From: Eubacteriales bacterium | GTDB lineage: Bacteria > Bacillota > Clostridia > Oscillospirales > CAG-272 | Assembly (NCBI GenBank): GCA_045653745.1 | Contig: JAZOMD010000109.1 | Location: 1 to 45,891, forward strand | Length of the DNA stretch: 45,891 bases | Direction: 5' to 3' | Shown: positions 44,562 to 45,891 of the stretch, piece after piece | Layout of the letters: every line of letters begins with the position of its first letter | Position numbering within the stretch: position 1 is the stretch's first letter | Notes under the pieces: model-generated | Told to the model about the DNA's origin: nothing | What the model saw: the letters and a program-made list of their open reading frames with translations, nothing else | Database searches by the model: none | Position numbers and translations under genes: made by a program

Positions 44562-45721
44562 TTCCCTTCCACTGAGATAGCACGCCTTGCAATATTGCTA
44601 TACGCAAATGCCTTTGCAGCCTCGGTTGCGTTCAAAGTCATTCTGCTATATTTCTCCTTATCTCCAACAATCGAAATCAGCTTCTCTTGAATTTCTTCGG
44701 CACTATCCTCTTCCAAGAATTCGGCATTACCATTCACATTAACGTGATGCATGCCCTCCCAGGACTTGTAAATTCCGGGGATCCCGCAAGCGCATGCCTG
44801 TTCCCAAAGAACAGAATGTGTTCCGGGAAACACGCACAAATCCGATGCCAAAAAGTAATCATACACCGAATTGGCATCAATCCAACCAATGTATCGAATG
44901 CATTCAGCATATTTCACTTGCGACAAAAATTCCTCTTCAAAATCCTTTGTGGGTTTACCAAAAACCAAAAGCTTGACATTGTCACGACCGATCGCCTTCA
45001 CAGCATCAACAAGCAAGTGTATATTTTTGGGTCTATCAATTTTTCCGCCTGTAATTATCAAAAAATCATCATCGGAAATATCATATTTGCGCCTTATGCT
45101 TTTTTTTATGTTTTCACGATTTTCAAAATGGATTTTTTCATCATCTCCGCCCATTACTAACAAATCGATCTTCTTTTTTGGAACGCCATACATTCTATGA
45201 AGAAAGTCACATCTCCACGGAGTGACTCCCCAAAACATTTCCACGTCGTTTGCCATAGACCTCATTGTATGACCGTAAAAGAACCAATGGGCTATTTTTT
45301 TTCGAAGCTTTTTTACTCTAGTATTGTAATAATCTGCATGATTATCAATGAAAACCCTTACTTTTGGGTACCGCTTTTTATATTTTTTTATATCCTTCAA
45401 GGACACAAACTGAGGGCCGTGCACAAAGATAATATCAGGGGCTTCCTTTTCGATATAGCTATACAACCCCACAAAATCACGTTTTAAAAACCATAGCTTA
45501 GAATGTGCGGTCCTTTCAAGAATTTTTATCTTTATGCTTTGAGAATTAATATATTCGGTAGCAGGCCGTTTGGTAAAATGAAAATTTTGATCGAACGTCA
45601 TATCGGATGCAAATATCACAACATCATGCCCATCTTTCATGTGAAAATATGGGAGAATGTTTTCTTGATATCCATACCCTTCTATGTATTGGTTTGCCAA
45701 ACATATATGTAAAATTTTCAT
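44558..45721 (-). CDS. Glycosyltransferase family 4
   Basis: MKILHI; GYGYQEN; GGKIDRPKNIHLL; ASDLCVFPGTHSVLWEQACACGIP. Confidence 0.9.
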   Translation of the reverse strand: MKILHICLANQYIEGYGYQENILPYFHMKDGHDVVIFASDMTFDQNFHFTKRPATEYINSQSIKIKILERTAHSKLWFLKRDFVGLYSYIEKEAPDIIFVHGPQFVSLKDIKKYKKRYPKVRVFIDNHADYYNTRVKKLRKKIAHWFFYGHTMRSMANDVEMFWGVTPWRCDFLHRMYGVPKKKIDLLVMGGDDEKIHFENRENIKKSIRRKYDISDDDFLIITGGKIDRPKNIHLLVDAVKAIGRDNVKLLVFGKPTKDFEEEFLSQVKYAECIRYIGWIDANSVYDYFLASDLCVFPGTHSVLWEQACACGIPGIYKSWEGMHHVNVNGNAEFLEEDSAEEIQEKLISIVGDKEKYSRMTLNATEAAKAFAYSNIARRAISVEGK

Positions 45722-45890
45722 AAATCAAACTCCTCGAAAAACGAATCAATATCACTAAACTATTTGGTATTTCTAAAAACCAATCAAAACTGTTGTTGTA
45801 CCACTCATATGCTTGCAAAAAGCTATCTGATCCAATGCAAAGCGTTTTTATCTCCTTAACCGGAACACCTCACAAAATTGAATATTGAGG
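45722..45890 (-). pseudogene. Possible disrupted C-terminus of a hexapeptide (LbH) O-acetyltransferase
   Basis: Minus-strand frame reads PQYSIL*GVPVKEIK with TGA at 45870-45872, resembling the conserved P.YS...GVPA..IK tail. Only a short fragment is visible. Confidence 0.35.
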
Positions 45891-45891
45891 A

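Noticed and set aside
1-45891. CRISPR arrays, rRNA/tRNA genes, transposases, integrases, phage or defence genes
   Set aside because: None recognised. Intergenic gaps are short and mostly explained by promoters and terminators.

Overview
The window looks like DNA from an anaerobic Firmicute (Clostridia-like), judged from sigma-A promoters, AGGAGG ribosome-binding sites and many lipoproteins. It has two compositional zones: about 50% GC by eye up to about 40.4 kb, then a clearly AT-rich polysaccharide-biosynthesis segment. (1) 1-20.7 kb: five lipoproteins interleaved with a MoxR/DUF58/vWA (Bat-like) operon and a divergent thiol-redox pair (a membrane protein ending CTECIGLG and a NapH/YccM-type polyferredoxin fused to a TlpA-like thioredoxin). 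One lipoprotein, of at least 1057 aa with His/Cys repeats, is missing from the ORF track because it runs off the left edge. Three lipoproteins share four copies of a domain I do not recognise (DG[FY]YH...GP...C-x-YY), and one of them also carries a TlpA domain. (2) 21-37.4 kb: a 2913-aa S8 protease with BspA-type LRRs and an unusual two-TM tail, followed by a complete oppABCDF cassette with a doubly anchored OppA. (3) csoR-copA with a clear CsoR operator. (4) The end of a capsule/EPS cluster: GT4, Wzx, UDP-HexNAc dehydrogenase and a kinase-like orphan. The best candidate for a new system is the 1-37 kb block, read as a surface machine that reduces, binds, cuts and imports protein substrates, built around an uncharacterised lipoprotein family. 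That function is inferred; no database searches were run.
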